A DNA stretch of 64,000 nt from the IMG/VR virus record IMGVR_UViG_3300044611_002466, positions 124,231 to 188,230 of that record, one strand, 5' to 3'. Source of the stretch: a virus. Below, one piece after another: positions 1-7,692 of this stretch; within the stretch, counting starts at the first letter, position 1, and each line of letters opens with the position of its first letter. The notes under the pieces are model-generated. The model ran no database searches, was not told the origin of the DNA, and worked only from the letters and a program-made list of their open reading frames with translations. Both the position numbers and the translations under genes were made by a program.

Positions 1-464
1 AAGGGCGTGTACCTCTTCGTCGACTTCTTGAGGGGGAGCTGGTTCTGCTCCGGCGTGACTGCGGCGGGCGCGGAGTCACTCAAGATGCCGCCCATCCTAC
101 TGGGGGCCGTCGGGTGCTTGAGGTTGGAGAGGAACTCCCGCGCCTGGGCGGGGGTGGCGACCCAGGTCGCCTTGTAGAGCCCCTCCACGTCCGAGGTCTT
201 GTTGATGTAGCCGTGCCCCGAGGACAGGGCCTGTCCGTGCGGGATCCGAATCCGCACCACCGACTCCGCCGACTTGACGATGTCGGTGGCGGGATACAGG
301 AGCTCCCGGCGGAGGAAGGTGATGGTCGTGCGGAGCTCCGTCATCTCGTAGAAGATCCTGGTCGGGCTGTAGGCCCCCAGGAGGAGGAGAAGGGATCCCA
401 GTCGCGAGTGCACCCTGCTGGGGTGGAGCACGATATCGAGGTTGGGGGGCGTGGGGATGGCCAT
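1..464 (-). CDS. hypothetical protein, 3' end runs off the window (MAIPTPPNLDIVLHPSRVHSRLG...)
   Basis: ATG at 464 with GGAGAG upstream; open frame to the window edge with GC-rich third positions; absent from the ORF track because there is no stop in the window; CATAAG motif about 40 nt upstream. Confidence 0.7.
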   Translation of the reverse strand, partial: MAIPTPPNLDIVLHPSRVHSRLGSLLLLLGAYSPTRIFYEMTELRTTITFLRRELLYPATDIVKSAESVVRIRIPHGQALSSGHGYINKTSDVEGLYKATWVATPAQAREFLSNLKHPTAPSRMGGILSDSAPAAVTPEQNQLPLKKSTKRYTP

Positions 465-502
465 GAGCTCTCCGTGGTGAGTAGTTGAGTCTACCCAAGG
501 CG

Positions 503-511
503 CTTATGTCG
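503..511 (-). promoter_or_regulatory. putative -10 element CGACATAAG (sigma-28-like motif family)
   Basis: Intergenic, upstream of the ATG at 464; same motif recurs before other minus-strand genes. Confidence 0.55.
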
Positions 512-531
512 TGAATACGTCCGGTCTGTGC

Positions 532-569
532 GGGCTAAAACGACGTCGACTGCAGGAGGCAGTCGACGT
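532..569 (-). terminator. intrinsic terminator: 11-bp perfect stem followed by TTTTAGCCC
   Basis: ACGTCGACTGC (543-553) and GCAGTCGACGT (559-569), immediately after the stop of 573-1064. Confidence 0.75.
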
Positions 570-572
570 GGC

Positions 573-1064
573 TCATCGACTCTGCGATCTCGTCCACCGG
601 ACGATCGCCGCAAGGCCCTCTTCCATCTCCGCCGTGTAGAGGCGGTTGCGGCACGACTCCCACAGCGCCGGGACCACAGCCCCCACCTCACGCGCCGACC
701 AGGAGCAGACCGGGTCTCGGGAGTCTGCGCGACGCAAGTGGACCCAGAGCCCCTCGGTGGGGCGCTGCGTCAGCTCGAGGTAGAACACGCAGTCGTCGTC
801 AAGACCGAGCGCGATCTCACCCTGCATGTTTCCCAAGGGGGAGACATGCCCGGCGTCGACGGCGTCCTTCAGAACCTCCAGCAAGGACCGCAACTCGTGC
901 GGGCCGTTCAGGAAGGACTTCACGGCCTTCCCGCGACGTGGTCGGCCTTCCACTGTACGATCAGCTGGTCCACCTTCACCGAGTCCAACAGGACCCAGAG
1001 CGCCAGGAAGGCTCCGATGGCGGCCATGAGAATGAACCCCACAAGCTCGTCTTTCATTGAACAC
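573..1064 (-). CDS. hypothetical protein, 163 aa
   Basis: GGAGG RBS, own promoter motif and own terminator. Confidence 0.75.
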   Translation of the reverse strand: MFNERRACGVHSHGRHRSLPGALGPVGLGEGGPADRTVEGRPRRGKAVKSFLNGPHELRSLLEVLKDAVDAGHVSPLGNMQGEIALGLDDDCVFYLELTQRPTEGLWVHLRRADSRDPVCSWSAREVGAVVPALWESCRNRLYTAEMEEGLAAIVRWTRSQSR

Positions 1065-1076
1065 ACCTCCAGTCCT

Positions 1077-1104
1077 CTTATGACGGCGTCCGCCCGGTAG
1101 TTTG
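1077..1104 (-). promoter_or_regulatory. putative promoter CAAA-N15-CGTCATAAG
   Basis: Spacing matches the sigma-28 TAAA-N15-GCCGATAA layout; 13 nt upstream of the ATG at 1064. Confidence 0.6.
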
Positions 1105-1135
1105 GGCTAAAAGCCGGGCCCCGAAGGGCAGCCCG
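1104..1135 (-). terminator. hairpin with C(UUCG)G loop followed by TTTTAGCCC
   Basis: Minus strand reads CGGGCTGCCC-TTCG-GGGCCCG then GCTTTTAGCCC, downstream of the 1152 stop. Confidence 0.65.
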
Positions 1136-1151
1136 ACCCGATCCTTCTGGT

Positions 1152-1742
1152 CTACGAACGCGGTGCGTGAGCCCTCATGGCGCGCTCCATGGCGTCAGAT
1201 CGACGCACACAGAGAGGAGCCTTCACGACGGCGCTGTAGAGGAGCAGGGCGGTCCGCACGCGGTCCTCCGCATGCAAGACCCGCTGCAGCTGGGGAGCGT
1301 CAACGAGGGCACCGTCGAGGATGTCCCGGAAGGGCTGCGCCTCCGGAAGCGCGAGCAGCGCCTCCAGGGCCTGGAGCTCCCGGACGCGGTCCGGACTCTC
1401 CACATACCACGCGCGAAGGCCCGCCTTTGCCTCTTGGAGCTCCTCGTGGCGTCGGCGGACCAACGCGTGCGAGTCATCCAGCACCGGCTCGGTCCGAGCG
1501 GTCGCCACGAGGAACTGACACGCGCACGGTTCCTTGAGGTAGAGGTCCTTCCACGTGCTGAGGATCTGCTCGGCCTCGAGCTGCTCGACGTCGAGCAGAT
1601 CCATGACCTCCTTCTCGGGGGGCCCACTGTCGTCGCTGCTGAGAGTAGCGAACATCACCACCCAGGGCAGCCGCGGGTGCATCGCGGCGAGGAACTTGAA
1701 GCTGTCGGGATGCGTGGTGGTGTCGTCGGCCATTGTCGTCAT
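1152..1742 (-). CDS. hypothetical protein, paralog of 1877-2401
   Basis: Shares HPxLP, CxC and LRxWY blocks with the neighbouring ORF; own promoter motif. Confidence 0.8.
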   Translation of the reverse strand: MTTMADDTTTHPDSFKFLAAMHPRLPWVVMFATLSSDDSGPPEKEVMDLLDVEQLEAEQILSTWKDLYLKEPCACQFLVATARTEPVLDDSHALVRRRHEELQEAKAGLRAWYVESPDRVRELQALEALLALPEAQPFRDILDGALVDAPQLQRVLHAEDRVRTALLLYSAVVKAPLCVRRSDAMERAMRAHAPRS

Positions 1743-1785
1743 GGGAGCGCTCCGTGTAGTGTGCGGTGAGATGTACGCACACCAA

Positions 1786-1812
1786 CTTATGGCGCATTTA
1801 CCTCAGTTTTAG
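1786..1812 (-). promoter_or_regulatory. putative promoter CTAAAACT...GCGCCATAAG
   Basis: CTAAA 16 nt upstream of CATAAG; intergenic before the ATG at 1742. Confidence 0.55.
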
Positions 1813-1825
1813 AACGGAAACCCCC

Positions 1826-1854
1826 TAAAGAAAACAGGCCCTGAGGGCGCCTGT
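1826..1854 (-). terminator. hairpin plus T-tract (TTTTCTTTA)
   Basis: ACAGGC (1834-1839) and GCCTGT (1849-1854) stem with A-tract on the plus strand, after the 1877 stop. Confidence 0.6.
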
Positions 1855-1876
1855 CTTCCGACCGCACGTGCTGTGC

Positions 1877-2401
1877 TCACAGCAGCGTGCTACACCCCGC
1901 ACCGATGGTGCCGGATGCGCCGCGGTTCGCCGCGGTGCGCATCATCTGGGCGCTGGTGGAGAGGCTCTTCTGCGCGTCCCAGAAGCGCCAGAGCGCCTCC
2001 GGGACCACCTGCTCCGCCAGGGCCGCGGGGTTGTGCAGCTTCAGGATCTGCAGCGTGTCCGCGTGGAGGCGGTCGAGTGCGGTGCCGCCGAGGTACCAGT
2101 CCCTGAGCACGACCGCGGCCTCTTCGATGCCCTGGACATGCTTCTGGACGTAGGGGAGGAGGTCGGAGGGGGTGATCCCGGCCTCCGCCATCAGCGCGCA
2201 GTAGCACTGCTCCACGTGGAGCGCATCATAGGCAGCACTCAGCGCGGTCGCCGTGGCGGCTTCGTCGAGGCCGAGCTCCGGAAACGACACCGGTGTTGCC
2301 AGGGGGTCCCGCGCTGCCGCGAGGACGAACTCGCGGGGCAGTGCGGGGTGGATGCCGAAGAGGACCGAGAACGTGGCGGAGCGGGAATGGGGCATGTTCA
2401 C
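1877..2401 (-). CDS. hypothetical protein, paralog of 1152-1742
   Basis: FSVLFGIHPALP, EQCYC and LRDWYL align with the neighbouring ORF. Confidence 0.8.
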   Translation of the reverse strand: MNMPHSRSATFSVLFGIHPALPREFVLAAARDPLATPVSFPELGLDEAATATALSAAYDALHVEQCYCALMAEAGITPSDLLPYVQKHVQGIEEAAVVLRDWYLGGTALDRLHADTLQILKLHNPAALAEQVVPEALWRFWDAQKSLSTSAQMMRTAANRGASGTIGAGCSTLL

Positions 2402-2433
2402 CTCGAAGGAAGGGATGGTTCTGCTGACCCTTC

Positions 2434-2462
2434 CTTATGACCCCCTTCCCGCCCAACTTTAG
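2434..2462 (-). promoter_or_regulatory. putative promoter CTAAAGTTG-N11-GGTCATAAG
   Basis: Closest match in the window to the extended sigma-28 consensus TAAAGTTT-N11-GCCGATAA. Confidence 0.65.
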
Positions 2463-2465
2463 GCC

Positions 2466-2783
2466 TCAGACCTCCTCGTAGTTGTCCTTGTCATTCTTGG
2501 CGTACTTCACCACCAAGTCGCCCTTGGGGCGCAGGATGGTGTCGATGTCCGCCAGGAAGGGCAGGGGCAGCGTTCCGTTCTCGAGGAGCTTCGGGATGGG
2601 GGTGTCCCCGAGCTCGGAAGCGCGCCCGATCAGGAGGACGAACTTGATCTCCTTGGTGGTCTTGGGGTCCACGTAGACCCCCGCGCGTACACACTCCCAG
2701 GAGACCTTGTCGTTCTCGTCGACGAGGATGTCGCCGGACTTGGGGAAGAACTTCTTGCGGCTGAGAACACCCACTTTGGGCAT
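2466..2783 (-). CDS. hypothetical protein, 105 aa (MPKVGVLSRKKFFPK...)
   Basis: Internal ATG at 2783 with GGAG upstream preferred over the track start at 2912; phage-like codon usage. Confidence 0.8.
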   Translation of the reverse strand: MPKVGVLSRKKFFPKSGDILVDENDKVSWECVRAGVYVDPKTTKEIKFVLLIGRASELGDTPIPKLLENGTLPLPFLADIDTILRPKGDLVVKYAKNDKDNYEEV

Positions 2784-2844
2784 GGAAGACTCCAGAGAGT
2801 TGGGAAGAGGCGGCACCGTTACCGCGGTCTTATAACGCTTCTTG

Positions 2845-2881
2845 CGTGTGAGTACAAGCCCCTTGCGCGCGTACTCACACG
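2845..2881. promoter_or_regulatory. perfect 11-bp inverted repeat CGTGTGAGTAC-N15-GTACTCACACG in a divergent intergenic region
   Basis: Read directly at 2845-2855 and 2871-2881; an adjacent CGTTATAAG (minus, 2829-2837) is a variant of the -10 motif. Confidence 0.65.
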
Positions 2882-2897
2882 TGGATAGGGCCCGAAC

Positions 2898-3278
2898 ATG
2901 CCAATCTTGCACGTACCAGCCACGGGAGGAGGCCTTCAGGAGACCCGGGTCTCCGCAGGGCAGTCCCTGGCCTCCGCTCTTCGCGAGCTGGGGCTCCTCG
3001 GCTTGGCGGCCCAGCGCGGCATGGAACGCCAGACCCCGGCCGGCTGGGCACGAGTCGACACCTCGCGTACGCTTCGCTCTCAGGACGTCGTACGAATGCG
3101 GCCTCCGGTACAGCAGGAAGGCAAGGGCCAGGGCGTTGGACTCGCAAACACCCTGGTGAAGTTGGCCGAATCACTCACCCGCAGGAAGGACCCCAATGAC
3201 GGCACTACTCGAGCTGGTGTTCGAGGGCGGAGAAATCCTCGACCACAGCCTCGCATTCCAAAGGGAGAGCCTTCGTGA
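2898..3278 (+). CDS. small protein, possible ubiquitin-like/ThiS-MoaD beta-grasp fold
   Basis: Pattern V-x-x-GQSLA-x-AL-x-ELG...TL-x-x-x-DVV-x-M-x-P resembles ThiS/MoaD; no C-terminal GG. Confidence 0.45.
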   Translation: MPILHVPATGGGLQETRVSAGQSLASALRELGLLGLAAQRGMERQTPAGWARVDTSRTLRSQDVVRMRPPVQQEGKGQGVGLANTLVKLAESLTRRKDPNDGTTRAGVRGRRNPRPQPRIPKGEPS

Positions 3279-4089
3279 ACGGCTGGGGTCCGACTTTGTG
3301 AGCGTAGACCTGCGCTCCAAGACCGCTCTCGAGCGCAAGGCTCTGCTGCAGACGACGCTGGTCCGGGGCAAGACGTTCAAGAACGTCCTGATTCGGGGAC
3401 TCTCCGGCCTCCTGGAAGCGTCGCAGGTCTTCAGGACGTCGTCTCTCTTCCTGGACGCCTTGGGGAGGTCGGAGCTCCCGGCCTCGCGGGAGTTCTCCCA
3501 GTGGGCGTTCCGCACGAAGCGCGCCTTCGTCTACAGCGACCTGATGATGCAGGCGGTCCGCGCCGCCGGCATCGGCGCCATATCGAGGCACCAAGGCCCG
3601 TATCTCCCGCGGATCAACCTGGGCACGGAAGACGTCTCGAACTCCATCGGGGTCCTGAGCCTGGGGCGGGGATTCACCCCCGTGCTGGGCCAGCTCAAGC
3701 GTCGGTGGGAGCAGGAGGGGCTGAAGTTCGACTTGGTCACGACGATGGCCGTCGCCGGGGCCACGCGCGTGGGTTCGGTGTTCGAGGTCGCGGAGCGCTG
3801 CGGACTCCTCATCGCGCCCTACGAGGAAATGGACCGGGGTGGGCCGCACGAAGCTGCGCTGCTCGCGTTGAGCACCGGCCGCGTGCTCTGCACCTCCGCG
3901 ACCAGCGCGCTCTACAGCCTGCCCATGGGAGAGAAGCAGCTGCTCCAGGCGGCGTGCTATGAGAGGAACTCCTACGCGGATGCGGCGTTGGACTACGAGG
4001 GCATCGAGGTGCACTCCAAGAACTGGAAGGACCCCTACGCCGACAACGACGCGCTCTCCGTCCCGGACGAGATCCTCAGGAGACTTTGA
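3196..4089 (+). CDS. GT-B fold glycosyltransferase-like protein (GT4-like, divergent)
   Basis: C-terminal GLLIAPYEEMDRGGPHEAALLALSTGRVLCTSATSALYSL resembles the GT4 nucleotide-sugar-binding block. Confidence 0.6.
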   Translation: MTALLELVFEGGEILDHSLAFQRESLRERLGSDFVSVDLRSKTALERKALLQTTLVRGKTFKNVLIRGLSGLLEASQVFRTSSLFLDALGRSELPASREFSQWAFRTKRAFVYSDLMMQAVRAAGIGAISRHQGPYLPRINLGTEDVSNSIGVLSLGRGFTPVLGQLKRRWEQEGLKFDLVTTMAVAGATRVGSVFEVAERCGLLIAPYEEMDRGGPHEAALLALSTGRVLCTSATSALYSLPMGEKQLLQAACYERNSYADAALDYEGIEVHSKNWKDPYADNDALSVPDEILRRL

Positions 4090-4319
4090 TGCTCGCGACC
4101 GAAGCGTACAGCTCCATCCCCGTGAACAGGGGCGTGCGCCGCCGCCTCATGCGCGCTGCCCGGCTCGGTACACGCCCCGTGAAGACGGTACCGAACATCG
4201 GTGACGCGGCCCGAGCTGTCGACGCCGTGGCGGCCGTCTGGACGGGCTGGAGTAGCAGCACCGACCCGTTCCCGGCCGCGGTGAAGCAGGCGTGGTCTGT
4301 TCGCGAGGAGAGACCGTAG
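4086..4319 (+). CDS. hypothetical protein, 77 aa
   Basis: Start overlaps the upstream stop; its own stop overlaps the next start. Confidence 0.65.
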   Translation: MMLATEAYSSIPVNRGVRRRLMRAARLGTRPVKTVPNIGDAARAVDAVAAVWTGWSSSTDPFPAAVKQAWSVREERP

Positions 4320-4498
4320 TGCCCGCGCCGCGCCTCATCCCCCTGAACCAAGCCACGTGCCCGCATTGCCGGGGGAAGGAAACCAAGCGCGTCGGGTACG
4401 CTCCGGAGGCCGAAGGTTCGGTCTGGAGGTGCGAGGGACCAGAGTGCGGCAAGAGCTTTGTCGTCCGCGCGTTGGCCCTCGTGAAGAAACCCGGTTGA
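4319..4498 (+). CDS. small zinc-ribbon protein
   Basis: GTG overlapping the upstream TAG; CPHC...CEGPEC motif. Confidence 0.7.
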   Translation: MPAPRLIPLNQATCPHCRGKETKRVGYAPEAEGSVWRCEGPECGKSFVVRALALVKKPG

Positions 4499-4524
4499 CA
4501 GGACCCGCGGGATGTGAGTACAAG
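4495..4524 (+). promoter_or_regulatory. TTGACA-N18-TACAAG, containing GATGTGAGTACAA; possibly leaderless
   Basis: Perfect TTGACA at 4495-4500; ATG at 4530 only 5 nt after the hexamer and no SD sequence. Confidence 0.55.
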
Positions 4525-4529
4525 AGCAC

Positions 4530-5000
4530 ATGACCTGGCCGCTCGACCAATCCCCGATCCCAGAGCCCGATGAAGACGGAACCGCATCCGGCGCCGTCGA
4601 TGACACCCCTCGATTCGCGAAAACCGCCGGGCCCTCGGAGGGACGGCGAACGAATGCAGACGACGTCCTCGATGCGATCTCCGGGCGTGCCCCCGCGAAG
4701 AAGTGGGATCGCATCCACTGCCCGCTCTGCGGCGCAGATACGAAGCTACGGGCTGCATCCTTGGGGGTCCAGACCAACACGCGTCGGTGCCAGAACCCCA
4801 AGTGCAAGAACGAGTTCCCGGTCGCCTCTGTACGAAACAACCTCGACGTCCCGCCCCCGCCGCCGAACCCACTGCTGCTCGGAGGGCCCTTCAAGGGAGG
4901 ACCCGACCGCGGTGTTGGACGTCCCCCGATCGACATCAATGAGCCCATCCAACGTCGCATAGCCGAAGTGGTACGCCGGAGCGCGAATGAAGACGACTGA
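4530..5000 (+). CDS. zinc-ribbon protein (Ogr/Delta-like Cys spacing) with Pro-rich tail
   Basis: CPLCG...RRCQNPKCKNEF. Confidence 0.7.
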   Translation: MTWPLDQSPIPEPDEDGTASGAVDDTPRFAKTAGPSEGRRTNADDVLDAISGRAPAKKWDRIHCPLCGADTKLRAASLGVQTNTRRCQNPKCKNEFPVASVRNNLDVPPPPPNPLLLGGPFKGGPDRGVGRPPIDINEPIQRRIAEVVRRSANEDD

Positions 5001-5895
5001 CCCGGTTCCCCTGCAGAGGGAGGACAACGTAGCGAACGCCGGGGCAGAGGCCCGGCGCAAGATCCTCGAGCGGGCGAAGGCCAACGCGGAGAAGGGTGGA
5101 TCTCGACCTGGTCCGATGGAGGGAGTCCCGCGCTTCGACGAGGTCGACCGCGAGTCCAAGACCATGAAGCCCGCCCCCGGGCACGCCACCCCGCCGCCGG
5201 GGCTGTCCAGGACCACGCTCGACGCGCTCAACGCGGTCGCCGCAGCCAACGTGGGGAGGGCCGACGTCCCGCCCGAGGTCGCTCCGGAGGCAGAGCCCGC
5301 CACGGCAGAGCCCCTGACGCGCGAGACGATCGCGATCCTCCTCGACATCTCGAAGGAGCAGGCCAGCGAAGTCCTGGCCATCGTGCGTCCGGGAGACAGC
5401 ATCTCGACGCGGAAGCGCATCGAAGCACGCCTGTCCCCCATCGACATCGGCGAGTTCCTCATGAGCTCGCACGCGACGCAGGCGGTCCCCCTGATCCCTC
5501 CCACCGAGTCCCTGCGGAAGGGTCTCACGATCACCTACCAGTCCGTGACTGAGGCCGTGGAGGCCGCGGTGGACCGTCGCCTCTCCACGGAGGCGGCCAG
5601 CATCCGGAAGGAGCGCGACGGCACCGGCTTCATCGACGTCGAGATGTCCCAGCGCGAGTACGTTCGTCGGCAGAACGAGTACGCCCTCGCGGTGCACGTC
5701 CAGGCCTATGGAGACCAGCGGTGGCCCGTCCTCCTGACGGCGGCCGGCGCAGTCGACGAGGGCAACCTCGACCTCCGCATGGCCAAGGTCCGACAGATCC
5801 CCGCGGCCATCTTCGCGATGGCCATCCAGAACCTCGCGTGGTTCCTGGACCGTGTACAGCGCACCCTGGAGGTAGCAGTCCTGGGAAATGGATGA
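4987..5895 (+). CDS. putative tail/baseplate assembly chaperone (G-like)
   Basis: Low-complexity N-terminus plus globular C-terminal domain; ends in the slippery heptamer G GGA AAT. Confidence 0.5.
   Translation: MKTTDPVPLQREDNVANAGAEARRKILERAKANAEKGGSRPGPMEGVPRFDEVDRESKTMKPAPGHATPPPGLSRTTLDALNAVAAANVGRADVPPEVAPEAEPATAEPLTRETIAILLDISKEQASEVLAIVRPGDSISTRKRIEARLSPIDIGEFLMSSHATQAVPLIPPTESLRKGLTITYQSVTEAVEAAVDRRLSTEAASIRKERDGTGFIDVEMSQREYVRRQNEYALAVHVQAYGDQRWPVLLTAAGAVDEGNLDLRMAKVRQIPAAIFAMAIQNLAWFLDRVQRTLEVAVLGNG
5883..5889 (+). other. candidate -1 programmed frameshift site GGGAAAT
   Basis: X XXY YYZ phase relative to the upstream ORF; the -1 frame is open (GKWMRTP...) into 5892-6332. Confidence 0.55.
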
Positions 5896-6332
5896 GGACT
5901 CCGTTGGGTTGGGCGAGGGCCCAGCTGATCTATGATCACCTGGACAAGCCCCCGTCTTACGGGTCCCTCCTCGAGTTGATGTGCCTGGTCGTCCAACGCG
6001 AACGAGCACAGCTTTCGGTTTTGGGTGCGCGTGCCCAGGCGCAAGCGGCGCTGGGAGGCGATGCGGCAGAGGCCGCCTTCAAGGACTTCGTCAACGCGAA
6101 CAACCGCGTGGAGACTGAGGACGTGAAGAAGCGCATGCAGGCGCAGCTGGAGAAGCTCAAGGAGATCAAGGAGATTCGGGTCACCCCGCTGGCGTCTACC
6201 GAGAAGCGGGTCAAACTGCCCACCATCACCGCCGGACAGCTCAGGGCCTCCGGGGTCCTCGTAGATCAGATGAGACCAGAGGGACTACCACAGCGTCCGG
6301 CACGGGCGCGAGCACAGAGGAGTAGCAGATGA
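5892..6332 (+). CDS. putative tail chaperone second part (T-like)
   Basis: ATGA overlap with the upstream stop; lies in the -1 frame of the upstream gene. Confidence 0.65.
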   Translation: MRTPLGWARAQLIYDHLDKPPSYGSLLELMCLVVQRERAQLSVLGARAQAQAALGGDAAEAAFKDFVNANNRVETEDVKKRMQAQLEKLKEIKEIRVTPLASTEKRVKLPTITAGQLRASGVLVDQMRPEGLPQRPARARAQRSSR

Positions 6333-6652
6333 GACTCGGCCTTCTGGTACTGGGTGTAGGGGAGTTTCGATCCTTTCAGGACGACGTACAGGACTCCGTC
6401 TTCTTCGTGCGCCTCATGCAAGAGGGCGGCGACACCTTCGAGCTGTCGATCTCCGAGGACCAGCTCTCCCAGTTGGTCTCCCGCTTCGCGGAGCAGGCTG
6501 CTGCGGCACCCCCGGATGATCCACCGCCTCCCCGCAGCCAGCCTGCGACGCGGCCTCCTCCTGCACCCCTTGCACCTTTCTGGACTCCTCCGGAGGACGA
6601 CGGGGATGACGGCCCCGTGGTTGTCTTCCAGGCCGCGGACGGCGGTCTATGA
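6329..6652 (+). CDS. hypothetical protein with Pro-rich tail
   Basis: ATGA coupling on both sides. Confidence 0.75.
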   Translation: MRLGLLVLGVGEFRSFQDDVQDSVFFVRLMQEGGDTFELSISEDQLSQLVSRFAEQAAAAPPDDPPPPRSQPATRPPPAPLAPFWTPPEDDGDDGPVVVFQAADGGL

Positions 6653-6978
6653 GTCCGAGTGAGTCCCTCGCGTTGATTCGGATCGAGCACAAGCTCGACT
6701 TGATCCTCGAGTCCCTTTCGACGCGGGACCCTGTCCTTGCCGCGCTGCTCAACGAAGGCACCGGACTCAGCGCCTACTCCGGGGATGTTTGCCCCACGTG
6801 TCTTGGAGACGTCCGAATCATCTCCGACCTGACCACAGAGACCTACACGCGAACCTGCGATTGTAAGCCGAACATGCCGATCGTTGTCGGCATCAAGAAG
6901 CTGAACGAAGGCGTCCCCGCCAAGAAGACGCCCACCACGACCCCCGATCAGGAGGAAGACCCCCATGCCGAGAGCTGA
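6649..6978 (+). CDS. Zn-binding hypothetical protein
   Basis: CPTC...CDC; ATGA coupling. Confidence 0.75.
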   Translation: MSPSESLALIRIEHKLDLILESLSTRDPVLAALLNEGTGLSAYSGDVCPTCLGDVRIISDLTTETYTRTCDCKPNMPIVVGIKKLNEGVPAKKTPTTTPDQEEDPHAES

Positions 6979-7306
6979 AGTCCGTGCGCGCGCCGCCATC
7001 GGACTGTTTCAGTGTGTCATCTACGACTCCAACTCGACGAAGCGCGTCATCGCAGTCGCCGCCTGCGGGGACGACGTGAAGTGGGCCCCGAACTTCTTCG
7101 GGCTGTTCGACCGCAACATCGCGGCCTCGGCTCCCAAGTGGCTGAGGGACCAGATCATGAGTCTCCCGGCGGACATCGCCGACCTGGACTTCCGTGGACA
7201 GCCCCTCGACGGCAGCCAGCCCGTCGCCGGCGACGGACGTGCGGTCGTCCACATGAAGGAAGGCGAGCACCTCGGTGACGAGTCCGCCATCCCGCAGGGG
7301 GGTTGA
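6965..7306 (+). CDS. hypothetical protein, 113 aa
   Basis: GGAGGA RBS; fills the operon gap. Confidence 0.75.
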   Translation: MPRAEVRARAAIGLFQCVIYDSNSTKRVIAVAACGDDVKWAPNFFGLFDRNIAASAPKWLRDQIMSLPADIADLDFRGQPLDGSQPVAGDGRAVVHMKEGEHLGDESAIPQGG

Positions 7307-7309
7307 GTC

Positions 7310-7681
7310 ATGTACGACGTGAGCCAGATCCGCCCCCAGCCTGGCTGGGCCCTCTGCCGTACGCTGAAGCCGACCACCGCGACGAACAGCGGCATCCTCA
7401 AGTCCGCGGGGGACATGGAGGACGGGAAGACCACCGAGGCAGTCGCCGAGGTGATCAGCGTCACGCCTGCCCGGCTTCCTGATGGAGGGCAGATCGATCC
7501 GAACTTCGGCGCCGGCGACCTCATCGTCATCCGCGACTTCCTGAAGAGCGCCAACCCGCTCGGAGATCGTGTGGGGGCGGATCGCAGTGACCGCGTCTTC
7601 CTGCTGCACTATACGGATGCGCTCGCAGTCGTGAGCGGCACGGGCGTGCTCGGTTACGACGGCGAGTACCACATCGGGTAG
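7310..7681 (+). CDS. groES: co-chaperonin GroES/Cpn10 homologue
   Basis: IRPQPGWALCR...SGIL...AEVISV...PDG...GDLIVI...VFLLHYTDALAVV aligns with GroES along its whole length. Confidence 0.85.
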   Translation: MYDVSQIRPQPGWALCRTLKPTTATNSGILKSAGDMEDGKTTEAVAEVISVTPARLPDGGQIDPNFGAGDLIVIRDFLKSANPLGDRVGADRSDRVFLLHYTDALAVVSGTGVLGYDGEYHIG

Positions 7682-7692
7682 GGAGAGGGGCC

